Assembly (NCBI GenBank): GCA_900544455.1
Contig: UQVJ01000001.1
Coordinates: forward strand, 1 to 63,690
Origin: an uncultured Eggerthella sp.
GTDB lineage: Bacteria > Actinomycetota > Coriobacteriia > Coriobacteriales > Eggerthellaceae
Direction: 5' to 3'
Length of the DNA: 63,690 bases
The notes under the pieces are model-generated. The model saw nothing but the letters and a program-made list of their open reading frames with translations. It did not search any database and was not told the DNA's origin. The translations under genes were made by a program, and so were the position numbers. Each line of letters begins with the position of its first letter. Positions within the stretch are counted from its first letter, which is position 1. Positions 48,524 through 59,200 of this stretch are shown one piece after another.

Positions 48524-48751
48524 GGAATTCTCCTCGGTTTGTATGGTTGAGCTGGGTGTTCCCAGCCTTATGCATACGGCCTCGCCGAAACGGAATCGGC
48601 GCTTTGTCCTGTGAGCGCGTATGCTTATACAAAGTATAACAACGGTCAAGGGCGAGCGGGGTTGGTTTACCGACGAGCGGCAACAAAATGAAATTGCACC
48701 CATGGAAATCGGATACCCGTGGATGCAATTGTCCGCTATAAGGTTGCGGTT

Positions 48752-50170
48752 TTAGTGTTGGTTCTCTTCCAGGAATTGCTCCATGCCGGGAAATGCCTTG
48801 ATGGAACGATCGAATACGCCCATCAAGTAGGCAAGCGTTAGCCCGTAGTTGGAAACCGGCACGCCCGCGTGTACGCATGCTTGAATGCGGGAGAGCACGG
48901 CGCGACGGTTGAAGGTACAGCCTCCGCAGTGAATTACCAGGTCGTAGCTTGAAAGATCTTCTGGAAAATCTACGCCTCGCACGTTTTCGATAGTAAGTCC
49001 TTGCCCGATGCGGGCGCGAAGCAGACGGGGGATCTTCACCGTGCCGATATCCTCTTCGATGGGGTGATGGGTACAGGCTTCCGCGATAAGCACGCGGGAG
49101 TTTTCCGTGAGTTCACCAATGGCGAGCGTTCCTAGGGCTTGGGTGGGTAAGTCTCCCTTGAAGCGGGCAAATGCAACGGAAAAGCCGGTGAGGGGGACGT
49201 TTTCCGGCACGCCCGCAGCCACTTTGTCGAACGCCTGGGAATCGGTAACTACCAATGCGGGTGGCTCTTTCAGCGCTGCCAATGCGCGCGGCAGCTCCTT
49301 ATCGGTGACGCAAAGCGAAAGGCAACGGGAATCCAGCAAATCGCGAATAGCCTGAACTTGCGGCAGGATAAGGCGCCCTTTCGGCGCTTCTTTGTCGATG
49401 GGGATAACCAAGATAACCACCGAACCCGGCTCAACGATATCGCCGATGATTTTCGGATCGTTCACGAATTCCTCGGGCGCGTTGTCGAGCAGGGCTTGGC
49501 GCAGCTCAAGCACCCCTTCTTGCTTTGCCGCGCACATGCAAACCAGGGGTTTCTGCTGAAGGCTATGGGGAAGGGCGCTGCGGCATGCTGCGGTAAGCGC
49601 TTCTTGTTGGGAGTCGATGACGGTTCCCCGTGGTGTGCGGATTTCGGCTGGGTCCGGTGGGTCGGACTCGGGGCCCCGAGCGTTAGTGGGAAGCAGGTCC
49701 GTTTTGTTGCACACTATGATGAAGGGGACGCTTCGGCTGGAAAGCTGAGCGGCTATCTCTTCTTCGTAGGGGCCCCAGATGCCTGCCTCGGTTACGATAA
49801 CGCCCATATCGCAACGGTCGAATACCTTTTTGGTGCGTTGGGTGCGCAGTTCGCCCACGGTTTCCTGGTCGTCGTCGATGCCTGCAGTGTCGACAAACAG
49901 CACGGGGCCCAAAGGCAGAAGTTCCATGGGCTTGTCTACGGGGTCGGCGGTGGTGCCTGCGACGGCGGAAACGATGCTTGTTTCCTGGTTTGTGATGGCA
50001 TTCAGCACGCTCGATTTGCCTACATTGCGTCGCCCGAACAGGCCGATTGCCATGCGCATGCCCTTGGGGGTACGCATGAGCGCAGGGCCACTTTCGGCGA
50101 GAAGGGGCGTGCCTGTAGAAGATGTTTGTGGCGTTTGCCCCCGTGGGTGGCTGTTTTGCGCGATGCCCAT
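48752..50170 (-). CDS. hydF: [FeFe]-hydrogenase H-cluster maturation GTPase
   Basis: GRRNVGKSS, GTTADPV, DTAG, NKTD, APKGRLILPQ, EACTHH, HCGGC; start may lie downstream of 50170. Confidence 0.95.
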   Translation of the reverse strand: MGIAQNSHPRGQTPQTSSTGTPLLAESGPALMRTPKGMRMAIGLFGRRNVGKSSVLNAITNQETSIVSAVAGTTADPVDKPMELLPLGPVLFVDTAGIDDDQETVGELRTQRTKKVFDRCDMGVIVTEAGIWGPYEEEIAAQLSSRSVPFIIVCNKTDLLPTNARGPESDPPDPAEIRTPRGTVIDSQQEALTAACRSALPHSLQQKPLVCMCAAKQEGVLELRQALLDNAPEEFVNDPKIIGDIVEPGSVVILVIPIDKEAPKGRLILPQVQAIRDLLDSRCLSLCVTDKELPRALAALKEPPALVVTDSQAFDKVAAGVPENVPLTGFSVAFARFKGDLPTQALGTLAIGELTENSRVLIAEACTHHPIEEDIGTVKIPRLLRARIGQGLTIENVRGVDFPEDLSSYDLVIHCGGCTFNRRAVLSRIQACVHAGVPVSNYGLTLAYLMGVFDRSIKAFPGMEQFLEENQH

Positions 50171-50402
50171 ACGAACCCTTTCCCGTGCGTCTTTCTAGGA
50201 ATGATCCCATTGTATTGTTTCGTTTCTTTAACAGATTATGGTGCCGTTTGTAGATGAGCGTGGTTTCTGGTGAGCGGGCTGTATCAATTAGCAGTAGATT
50301 AGACACAGTTGCGCATACGTGCGATAACCATATCTTCGGCAAAGGTGATGCCCGTTTGCTTTTGCCGTTTGTTTCTATAAAGGCAAAGCGAAAGAAGAAC
50401 TT

Positions 50403-51857
50403 ATGACGGAATTCCGCTACGATCCGAAATCGCTTCGCGCCGACGAGTTCATCAACGACGCGGAGATCCTCGATTCCATTGCCTACGCTGATGCGCATAA
50501 AGATGATATCGAGTTGTGCCGCCGCATTTTGGGCAAGGCACGTGCCAACCTGCATCCTTCCGCAGATCATGGTGCGGTTATAACCCATCGCGAGGCAAGC
50601 GTTCTTTTGGCGTGCGAAGATCCGCAGATCAATAAGGAAATCAAAGAACTGGCGCACCAGATTAAGCTTGCCTATTACGGTAATCGCATTGTTCTTTTTG
50701 CGCCGCTGTATCTTTCTAACTACTGCGTGAACGGCTGCCTGTATTGCCCGTACCACGCAAAGAATCGCACCATTCCCCGCAGGAAGCTCACTCAGGAAGA
50801 GATCCGCGATGAGGTTGTTGCCCTACAGGATATGGGTCACAAGCGCTTGGCCATCGAGGCGGGGGAAGATCCGAAACACAACCCCATCGAATACATCCTG
50901 GAAAGCATGGAAACCATCTATTCCATCAGGCATCGAAATGGCGCTATCAGGCGCGTTAACGTGAATATTGCCGCAACTACGGTCGAAGAGTACCGCATGC
51001 TTAAAGAAGCGGAAATCGGTACGTACATCCTGTTCCAGGAAACATACAACAAGAAGGGTTACCAGGAGCTGCATCCTACGGGCCCTAAAAGCAATTACGA
51101 CTGGCATACCGAAGCGATGGACCGCGCCATGGAAGGCGGCATCGACGACGTGGGCCTGGGCGTTTTGTTCGGGTTGCAGGGGTATCGCTACGAGTTTGCC
51201 GGCTTGATCATGCATGCTGAGCACTTGGAAGCAGTGCATGGCGTGGGCCCTCACACCATCAGTGTCCCGCGCGTTAAGCCTGCGATGGATATCGACCCTG
51301 AGGTGTTCGACAACGGCATTCCTGACGAAATGTTCGAGAAGATCATTGCCCTTATTCGCATCACCGTGCCCTATACCGGCATGATTATCTCTACTCGCGA
51401 AGGTCAGCAGGTGCGTGAGCACGCGTTACAGTATGGCGTAAGCCAGATTTCCGGTGGGTCCCGCACCAGTGTTGGCGGCTACAACGAGCCGGAGCGCCCG
51501 CATGATACCGAGCAGTTTGACGTATCGGATCAGCGCACGCTCGATGAGGTTATCAGCTGGTTGATGGACAATAACCACATACCTAGCTTCTGCACGGCTT
51601 GCTATCGCGCCGGCCGCACGGGCGATAGGTTTATGAGCTTCTGCAAGAACGGTGAGATCCTTAACTACTGCCATCCGAATGCCCTGATGACGCTTACGGA
51701 GTACTTGGCCGATTACGCCACTCCCGAAACCAAGGAAAAGGGCCTTGCCATGGTTAAGCGTGAACTGTTGAACATTCCCAACGAAAAGACGCGTCTCGTT
51801 GCCGAGCGGCATGTTGGCGAAATTCTTGCAGGAACGGGAAACGATTTCAGATTCTAA
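50403..51857 (+). CDS. hydG: [FeFe]-hydrogenase H-cluster radical SAM maturase
   Basis: FAPLYLSNYCVNGCLYC, HTISVPR, C-terminal CTAC-X22-C auxiliary cluster motif. Confidence 0.96.
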   Translation: MTEFRYDPKSLRADEFINDAEILDSIAYADAHKDDIELCRRILGKARANLHPSADHGAVITHREASVLLACEDPQINKEIKELAHQIKLAYYGNRIVLFAPLYLSNYCVNGCLYCPYHAKNRTIPRRKLTQEEIRDEVVALQDMGHKRLAIEAGEDPKHNPIEYILESMETIYSIRHRNGAIRRVNVNIAATTVEEYRMLKEAEIGTYILFQETYNKKGYQELHPTGPKSNYDWHTEAMDRAMEGGIDDVGLGVLFGLQGYRYEFAGLIMHAEHLEAVHGVGPHTISVPRVKPAMDIDPEVFDNGIPDEMFEKIIALIRITVPYTGMIISTREGQQVREHALQYGVSQISGGSRTSVGGYNEPERPHDTEQFDVSDQRTLDEVISWLMDNNHIPSFCTACYRAGRTGDRFMSFCKNGEILNYCHPNALMTLTEYLADYATPETKEKGLAMVKRELLNIPNEKTRLVAERHVGEILAGTGNDFRF

Positions 51858-51928
51858 AGAGCGATAAGATTAGTTGCGGGCCGGCACCTGCCAGCCCGCA
51901 TTTTCATTTCATAAGGAAGAGGTGCCCC

Positions 51929-53332
51929 ATGCAGGTAGCCGAGGAAGATATTGAGGCATTTGTTGCGGAGCAGTGGCCGGCATTTTTAGCCGATGCTGAA
52001 CGATTGATTTCCATTGACAGCTCGCTTGATGCTGAACATGCAGCACCTGGTGCTCCTTTCGGTCCGGGGCCCCGTGCGGCGCTTGACGAAGCACTTGCCA
52101 TTGCGCAGCGTATGGGGCTGGAGCCCCATGACGGAGATGGGTATGCCGGTTTTGCTGATTTGCCAGGCGAAAGCGGGCAGCAGATTGGCGTTATCGGCCA
52201 TGTTGATGTGGTTCCTGCTGGGGAGGGTTGGGATTTCGATCCGTTTAGCCTCACATGCAAGGAAGGCATGCTTGTAGGGCGTGGAGCTTCCGACGATAAG
52301 GCACCCCTGCTCACGGCGTTGTATGGCTTGAAATTCTGGCTTGATCGCGGTGCGAACCTGCGCCATGCGGTGCGTTTCATTTTCGGCTGCAATGAGGAGT
52401 CGGGGATGGGCGATGTCCCTTACTACTTGGAGCAGAATGATGCCCCCGATTTCCTGTTCACCCCCGATGCTGAATTTCCCTTGTGCTATGGCGAGAAAGG
52501 GCAATTTGGAGCAACGATAACCTCTGGGATCATTGAGGGCACCATTGTCTCCTTTACGGCTGGAACGGCTCCCAATGCGGTGCCTGGTATAGCACGTGCT
52601 GTGGTTTGCGCTGATGTAGGGAGTCTGCCAAAGGCAGATCGCATAGAAGTTTCCCCTTGCAAAGAGGGGGCCCTTGTTACTGCAATGGGTATTGCGGGGC
52701 ATGCCTCGCTCCCTGAAGGCACGTTGAATGCTATTGGTGTCCTGTGTCGCTATCTTCTTTCTGCTGGCGTGTGTTCCAGCGAAGAAAATGCATGGTTGCA
52801 ATTTGCTGCCAGCATGGCTGAATGTACCGATGGGACAATTGCCGATGTTGCCTGTTCAGATGCTGATTTTGGTAATTTGACCAGCGTTGTTGGCATGATG
52901 AACAAGGTCAACGGCGCTTTTGTCATGACTGAGGACATTCGCTTCCCCGCGGCAATTACCGGCAGCGAGCTCAGCGCTGCATTTGAGGCATTGTCGCATG
53001 TCCAAGGCGCTTCGATTGCCGTTACCGCATGCAAGGATCCTTTTGTGGTGGACCCCGATACGGCCCCCGTTCGTGCGCTCATGGATGCGTATTGCTCCAC
53101 CACAGGCAAAAAGGTGCGTCCTTTCACCATGGGAGGCGGCACCTATGCTCGCGAGTTCCCCAATGCCGTAAGCTTTGGCCCCGCAGAAGAGGGGGCGTAT
53201 CCCGTACCGAGTTGGGTAGGGGGCATGCATGCTGCCAACGAGGGCATTGCCGAAGAAGAGCTGAAGCGCGCTTTGCGCATCTATATCAGGGCGTTTGGCA
53301 ACCTTGCGGAAGTGGAAGACCTGCACAAATAA
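51929..53332 (+). CDS. M20 metallo-dipeptidase (PepV/Sapep-like)
   Basis: GHVDVVP, GRGASDDK, CNEESG, PDAEFP, GGGTYAR, HAANE. Confidence 0.92.
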   Translation: MQVAEEDIEAFVAEQWPAFLADAERLISIDSSLDAEHAAPGAPFGPGPRAALDEALAIAQRMGLEPHDGDGYAGFADLPGESGQQIGVIGHVDVVPAGEGWDFDPFSLTCKEGMLVGRGASDDKAPLLTALYGLKFWLDRGANLRHAVRFIFGCNEESGMGDVPYYLEQNDAPDFLFTPDAEFPLCYGEKGQFGATITSGIIEGTIVSFTAGTAPNAVPGIARAVVCADVGSLPKADRIEVSPCKEGALVTAMGIAGHASLPEGTLNAIGVLCRYLLSAGVCSSEENAWLQFAASMAECTDGTIADVACSDADFGNLTSVVGMMNKVNGAFVMTEDIRFPAAITGSELSAAFEALSHVQGASIAVTACKDPFVVDPDTAPVRALMDAYCSTTGKKVRPFTMGGGTYAREFPNAVSFGPAEEGAYPVPSWVGGMHAANEGIAEEELKRALRIYIRAFGNLAEVEDLHK

Positions 53333-53493
53333 GCTTTTTGCTTATGACGGAAACGCCTAGTTGCAGGAATGGGTGGTTGCTCAAAGCGTTACCGCCGGAC
53401 AATTCGCGGCACTGTCGAAATTGCAGAATATCAGAGAAGAAGAAGTAGCATCTGGTCTTGATGGATGCCACTTCTTTGCATGCTGATAGTGGG

Positions 53494-54300
53494 CTAAACG
53501 CTTTCGATGCTTATGCTGCGCCAATCCCCTTGGGCGGTTGGCGCGTCGATAGAGGTGTACCCTATGAGGCGAGCATAGCGATAGGCCTCATGGACGTTAT
53601 CGCCAATGCGGTTTGCGTGGTGGGCATCAGAGCCCACGGTCAGTGGCACGCCAGCCTGGAAAAAGCGCTTCAGCAAGGGTTCCTGCGGATAAAAATCGGC
53701 AAAGTCCTTGGTCATGCCTGCCGTGTTGATCTCAACGTGGACTTTGCCCTCGCGGGCTGCCTGCGCCATGGAATCGAATAGCGGAGCAAGGTCGAGCGAA
53801 GGCGCATAGCCGGAAAGGCCAAACAGGCGCGGCAAGTCGGGATGCGCCATGGAATCGAACAGGCCGCTTGTTGCCGCCTTGCACCATTCTTCAGCGTAGA
53901 GCCGCCAAAGCTCGTTTGCCCCCAGCTCTTCCCAGATGCGCATGTCTTCATCCCAGTCGAGCGCCTTTTCTTGAAGGTAGTGTATGGATCCAAGAAGGAA
54001 CGTTGCGTTGCCGCGTGTTTCCGCCAAATCGGTGCTGCAGCCCGGGTACCAGTCTGCTTCCAAGCCATGCACAATTTCGAGTTCGGGAAATTCGCCCCGC
54101 ACGCGCTCGATTGCGAAAGCGTACTGCTTGAGCTTGCCTTCTTCGATGGAGCAATCGATGAAGCTTGGCCTGCCCCAATGGTCGGTGCAGGCTATGGTTG
54201 TTATTCCCTTCGCTAGGGCTTCCTGCATGTTTTCCTGAAAAGTGCTCTTCCCGTCGGAAAACACGGTGTGGGTATGGCAATCAACCAGTTCGATGGGCAT
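53494..54300 (-). CDS. PHP-domain phosphatase (histidinol-phosphatase HisJ-like)
   Basis: DCHTHT, TDH, GSIHY, AHPDL, EINTAG, GSDAH. Confidence 0.88.
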   Translation of the reverse strand: MPIELVDCHTHTVFSDGKSTFQENMQEALAKGITTIACTDHWGRPSFIDCSIEEGKLKQYAFAIERVRGEFPELEIVHGLEADWYPGCSTDLAETRGNATFLLGSIHYLQEKALDWDEDMRIWEELGANELWRLYAEEWCKAATSGLFDSMAHPDLPRLFGLSGYAPSLDLAPLFDSMAQAAREGKVHVEINTAGMTKDFADFYPQEPLLKRFFQAGVPLTVGSDAHHANRIGDNVHEAYRYARLIGYTSIDAPTAQGDWRSISIESV

Positions 54301-54319
54301 AACGTTCCTTTCGGACAGG

Positions 54320-55177
54320 TTATTTCGATGTAATGCCGCTTGTTGCTATGCGGATGGCTTCTTCATGGCTGTCGGTAACGGTGAACAAGTTGATGTCGGA
54401 TTCGCTGATCATGTTCTGATCAAGCAAAGGCCCCTTGATCCACTTGACCAGGTCTTGCCAATATTCGGTACCGAACAGCACGATAGGCATGTTCCCGATC
54501 TTATGCGTTTGCGCCAGCACCAGCACTTCGAACATCTCGTCAAGCGTGCCGTAGCCTCCAGGGAAGAAGATTGCGCCCGAAGAGTACTTCACGAACATGG
54601 TCTTGCGGACGAAGAAATAGCGGAACTCGATTCCTAGATTTACCCAATCGTTGGTGGTTTCTTCGAAGGGGAGCTCAATGGAAAGACCCACCGAAGTGCC
54701 TCCCGCAAGCGCTGCTCCGCGGTTGGCCGCCTCCATGATGCCGGGGCCGCCGCCGGTAATGACGGCGATGTCCTTATTGGCGAGCTTGCCTGCAATTTGC
54801 ATGGCGTGTTCATAGTAAGGGTCGGTTGGTTCGGTTCTGGCTGATCCGAATATGGATACCGCCGGCCCTAATTTGGCAAGAGCGTCAAAGCCGTCTACGA
54901 ACTCAGACTGGATGCGTAGTGTGCGCCAAGGGTCGGCATCGCGCCAATCAGTGCCCGGCTCTTCGCTGATCAGCTTTCCTGTGGTGCTGTGGCGAGGGAC
55001 CATCTTTCCGCGCAGGGTTACCGAGCCACGGCGGTAGGGCGTTCCGAGGGGCGAAGCGTCGCCGGTCTGTTTTCCTTCATCGGCGCTAAGCGTTGTTGAA
55101 AGATATTTTTCCAAGGCGTTTTCAACTGCTGCCTCGGTTGCTTTCTTCGCCTGCTTCTTCGTGATTTTCTTTGCCAT
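54320..55177 (-). CDS. LOG-family (TIGR00730) nucleotide phosphoribohydrolase
   Basis: FGSAR, TGGGPGIMEAANRGA, YFFVRKTMF, PGGYGTLDE. Confidence 0.92.
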   Translation of the reverse strand: MAKKITKKQAKKATEAAVENALEKYLSTTLSADEGKQTGDASPLGTPYRRGSVTLRGKMVPRHSTTGKLISEEPGTDWRDADPWRTLRIQSEFVDGFDALAKLGPAVSIFGSARTEPTDPYYEHAMQIAGKLANKDIAVITGGGPGIMEAANRGAALAGGTSVGLSIELPFEETTNDWVNLGIEFRYFFVRKTMFVKYSSGAIFFPGGYGTLDEMFEVLVLAQTHKIGNMPIVLFGTEYWQDLVKWIKGPLLDQNMISESDINLFTVTDSHEEAIRIATSGITSK

Positions 55178-55336
55178 TTCGGTCCCTTCCCCTCGCGTCG
55201 ATACGCTCTTTCAGCATACCCGATGAACCGCGTTAAATGCACCGAGCGGCACCATACTGCTACACTGGCATGAAAAGTCGTCGTTCCATCGGAGGGAAGG
55301 TTTGGAGCGGCGGATCGAGGGGGAAAGAAGATTACC

Positions 55337-56044
55337 ATGGGAAGCACCGCAACAGGGGAAGGCAAGGCTGCCATAACCCGCTCCATGCCTTTGCGCGTAG
55401 CCATATATTTTGGTGGCATTTTGATTTTGGGCGTTGGTGTTGTCTTGAGTGCGCGAAGTGATTTCGGCGCGCCGGCATTCCAGTCGATACCGTTGGTGTT
55501 CAGCGAAGGCACTCATCTGCTTACCTTGGGGCAATCGTGCATATGCCTATACTGCATCGATATCCTTATTCAGGTTCTGGTGTTTCGAACGCTCAATGTC
55601 AAAATCGCTCTTCAGATTCCTTTTGCCTTTGCGTTCGGTTGCCTGATCGACCTATTTGACTTCGTATTGGGGCTTGATTTCTTCTGGTTTTGCCATGACC
55701 CAAGCCTGCTAACCAGCTGCATAATGTTCACGATCGGCATCACGCTTATCGGCATAGGGGTAAGCGCCATGGTGGCTATGAATTTCGTTTTGAACCCTGC
55801 CGATGGTTGCACGCAGGCCTTTATGAAAATCACCCATCTTCCCTTCGGTAAGGCGAAGATCATCAACGACGTGTTGCGTTTCTCTATTGCATGCGTAATG
55901 GCGCTTGCGATGACGGGCCACCTGTTCGGCGTGGGCGTTGGTACGGTTATTTCAATGGTTGCCATTGGCGCCATATGCCAGGTGGTATCTGATGGCGCCC
56001 GCGGTTTTTACCGTCGTGCCTATGTGCCTGCGAGCTTTGCATAA
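55337..56044 (+). CDS. YczE/YyaS/YitT-family membrane protein
   Basis: About 6 TM segments, NPADG and GVGVGTVI motifs; GAGGGGG RBS. Confidence 0.8.
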   Translation: MGSTATGEGKAAITRSMPLRVAIYFGGILILGVGVVLSARSDFGAPAFQSIPLVFSEGTHLLTLGQSCICLYCIDILIQVLVFRTLNVKIALQIPFAFAFGCLIDLFDFVLGLDFFWFCHDPSLLTSCIMFTIGITLIGIGVSAMVAMNFVLNPADGCTQAFMKITHLPFGKAKIINDVLRFSIACVMALAMTGHLFGVGVGTVISMVAIGAICQVVSDGARGFYRRAYVPASFA

Positions 56045-56059
56045 TGCTTTGAACCACTT

Positions 56060-56097
56060 ATTTCATGCGTGTTAACTCTTGAAATCTGCTTTGTTAC
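56060..56097 (-). promoter_or_regulatory. Candidate actinobacterial GlnR box upstream of gltB
   Basis: Minus strand GTAAC-N6-GATTT-N6-TTAAC-N6-GAAAT, matching the a-site/b-site GlnR layout. Confidence 0.5.
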
Positions 56098-56262
56098 GTA
56101 TCGAAACGAAGCCAAAAGCTGTCTGCCGAAGGCGGTACCTTGTTTGCTAGCGAATTATCCCCACCTTTCTTAAAACGGGAAAGGCAAACGGTTCGCGTAA
56201 GTCGTTGAGCGGAGAGGACAAGCACTCAGCGGCTTTTCGATTGTGAGAGTGAGAGGTTCAGA

Positions 56263-59200
56263 ATGCAAACACGGAACGTGCCTGTGCAAAACGGGCTGTA
56301 TCGTCCTGAGTTCGAGCATGATGCGTGCGGTATTGGCGCGCTGGCACACCTGAAGGGTGTGCGCTCGCATCAGATGATCGACGATGCCCTTTCGGTCCTT
56401 GTCAATCTGGAGCATCGCGGTGGTAAGGGTTTGGAGCACAATACGGGCGATGGCGCCGGTATCTTGTTCCAGGTTCCGCACCACTTCTTCCGTAAGGAAG
56501 CGCAGAAGTACGGTCACCTTCTTCCCGATGAGGGCGACTATGGCGTGGCTATGCTCTTTTTTCCCCAAGACGAGCGTGGCGTAGAGGTTTCCAAGCGCAT
56601 TTTCGAAGAAGGTTGTGCGAAGGCTGGTTTGCCCCTGCTGTTTTGGCGCGAGGTTCCCATCGATCCCCACGATTTGGGCTCCACCGCACGTGCCTGCATG
56701 CCTACTATCCTGCAGGCATTCGTAGGTCGCCCCGAAGACGTTGAGCGCGGCGAAGCGTTCGAGCGCCGCCTGTACGTATGTCGCCGTATGGTGGAAAAGG
56801 CCGCCGATGCCGAGCATGCGCTGAAGGGTCATATCTTCTATGTGTGCTCTTTCAGCGCACGTACCATCGTGTACAAGGGCATGCTTGTTGCTACCCAGAT
56901 GCGCCGTTTCTACCTGGACCTTTCCGATGCAGCGGTGAAGACCGCAATCGCATTGGTTCATTCGCGCTACTCCACGAACACCACCCCTTCGTGGGAACGT
57001 GCCCATCCGAATCGTTACATCATCCATAATGGCGAAATCAATACGTTGAAGGGCAACGTGAACTGGATTCGCGCCCGCGAACCAAACCTGTACTCGCCGG
57101 TTCTGGGCAAGGATCTGGAATCTGTTCTGCCTATCATCAACAAGGAAGGTTCCGACTCCGCCATCCTCGATAATGTGCTCGAGTTCTTGGTGATGAATGG
57201 TCGCGATATGACCCGCGTCGTTTCCATGTTGCTGCCCGAGCCGTGGGACCACAACGAAACGCTCCCCGCTCGTCGCCGTGCCTATGACGAGTACCAGTCC
57301 ATGCTCATGGAGCCGTGGGACGGCCCCGCTGCTATCGCCTACACCGATGGCTCCACGTTCGGTGCTGCGCTCGACCGCAACGGCCTGCGTCCTGCTCGTT
57401 ACTACGTTACGCGTGACGATCGCTTCCTGCTTTCATCCGAGGTTGGAACCATCGAAATCGAGCCCTCCAACATCCTTACCGCAGGTTGCCTTGGTCCTGG
57501 CGAAATGGTGGAGATCGACACTACGGCCGATCGCGTTATTTGGAATGACGAACTGCGTGCCCGCTATGCAAAGGAAAAGCCCTACAGCGATTGGGTAAAG
57601 GAAGAGAAGATCGAAGTTTCCGATCTTGACGCCCCCGTTCAAAACGATGCTGCGCGCGATGCCGAGGTTCCGATGACCGTACGCATGGCAAAGCTGGGCT
57701 ACCATTGGGATGACGTGGACGAGGTGGTTCGCGCCATGGCCGAAAAGGGCGGTGTGCCCCTGGCTTCCATGGGAATCGATGCCTCTCTCGCATGCCTTTC
57801 GAAAAAGAACCGTTCCTTCTTCGATTACTTCTACCAGCTGTTCGCCCAGGTAACCAATCCTCCTATCGACGCTTTGCGTGAGAGCCTGGTTACTTCGAGC
57901 GTGCTCTATATTGGCAACCACGGTAATCTTCTGGAGGATTCCCGCACGGCATGCCAGCTGATTCGCCTCGATGGCCCCATGCTGACGAAGGATCAGTTCG
58001 ATCGCATTTGTGCGGTAGACCGCGTTGGATTCAAGGCTCAGCGCTTCAGCGCTACGTATCGTCGCGAAGACGGTGAGAACGCCTTGGAAGAGGCACTGGA
58101 AAACTTGGCTTGCAATGTTGAAAAGGCCGTGCGCAACGGGGTAAGCATCATCGTGCTTTCCGACCGTGCTGCAGAAGGCGAAGTGCCTATTCCTTCGCTT
58201 CTGGCGGTTTCTTCTGTTCACAACCACCTTATTCGTGTGGGCGTTCGCACCTTTGCCGATTTCGTGGTCGAGACAGGCGATGCCATTTCCGCACATGACT
58301 TCGCTGCTTTGGTTGGCTATTCCGCTTCGGGCATATACCCCTATATGGCCCATGAGTGCATCGCTGATTTGGCGGCAAAGGGCGCTTTATCCGTATCTGC
58401 CGAAGAGGGCATTGCGAACTACAACAAGGCGGTAACCGCGGGAATTACCTCCATCATGTCGAAGATGGGTATTTCTACGGTTCAGAGCTACCATTCTGCC
58501 CAGATCTTCGAGGCTGTTGGTTTCAAGCAGGAGTTCGTTGATCAGTATTTTGCTGGCACCGTTTCCCGTGTGGGCGGCTTGGGTGTTGCCGATGTTCAGC
58601 GCGAAGAGAACCAGCGCTACGACGACGCCGTGGCTATCCTCAACACGCCGGCACCCGAACAGCTGCCTTCCTTGGGCCTTACCAAGTGGCGTCCGCAGGG
58701 CGGTGAAGAGCATCTTATCGATCCGCAGACCATCTACCTGCTGCAACATGCTTGCCGTGAGGGCAATTATGAGATGTTCAAGGAATACAGCGATCATCTG
58801 CATCAGGAAGGGCGTGCGATTCGCTTGCGCGATCTGCTCGACTTCGTAACTGATCGTACCCCTGTTCCGTTGGAAGAGGTTGAGCCCGCCACAAGCATCG
58901 CTAAGCGTTTCAACACGGGCGCTATGAGCTATGGTTCCATTTCCGAGGAAGCTCACAAGTGCATGGCTATTGCCATGAACCGTCTGGGCGGCCGCTCGAA
59001 TTCTGGTGAAGGCGGCGAAGACCCGAAGCGCGAGACTCCGCTGCCTAACGGCGATTCCATGAATTCTGCCATTAAGCAGATTGCTTCCGGTCGCTTCGGC
59101 GTAACGAGCCGCTATCTTTCTTCGGCTATCGAGATTCAGATCAAGATGGCTCAGGGTGCAAAGCCTGGCGAAGGCGGCCACCTGCCTGGTAAGAAGGTAT

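Noticed and set aside
50403..51857. ThiH (thiamine biosynthesis) instead of HydG
   Set aside because: The C-terminal CX2CX22C extension and the adjacency to hydF and hydA indicate HydG.
56110..56262. ANTAR twin hairpin, c-di-GMP or glutamine riboswitch in the gltB leader
   Set aside because: Only partial look-alikes (GGCAAAC, GAAGGC loop); the second required element or stem is missing.
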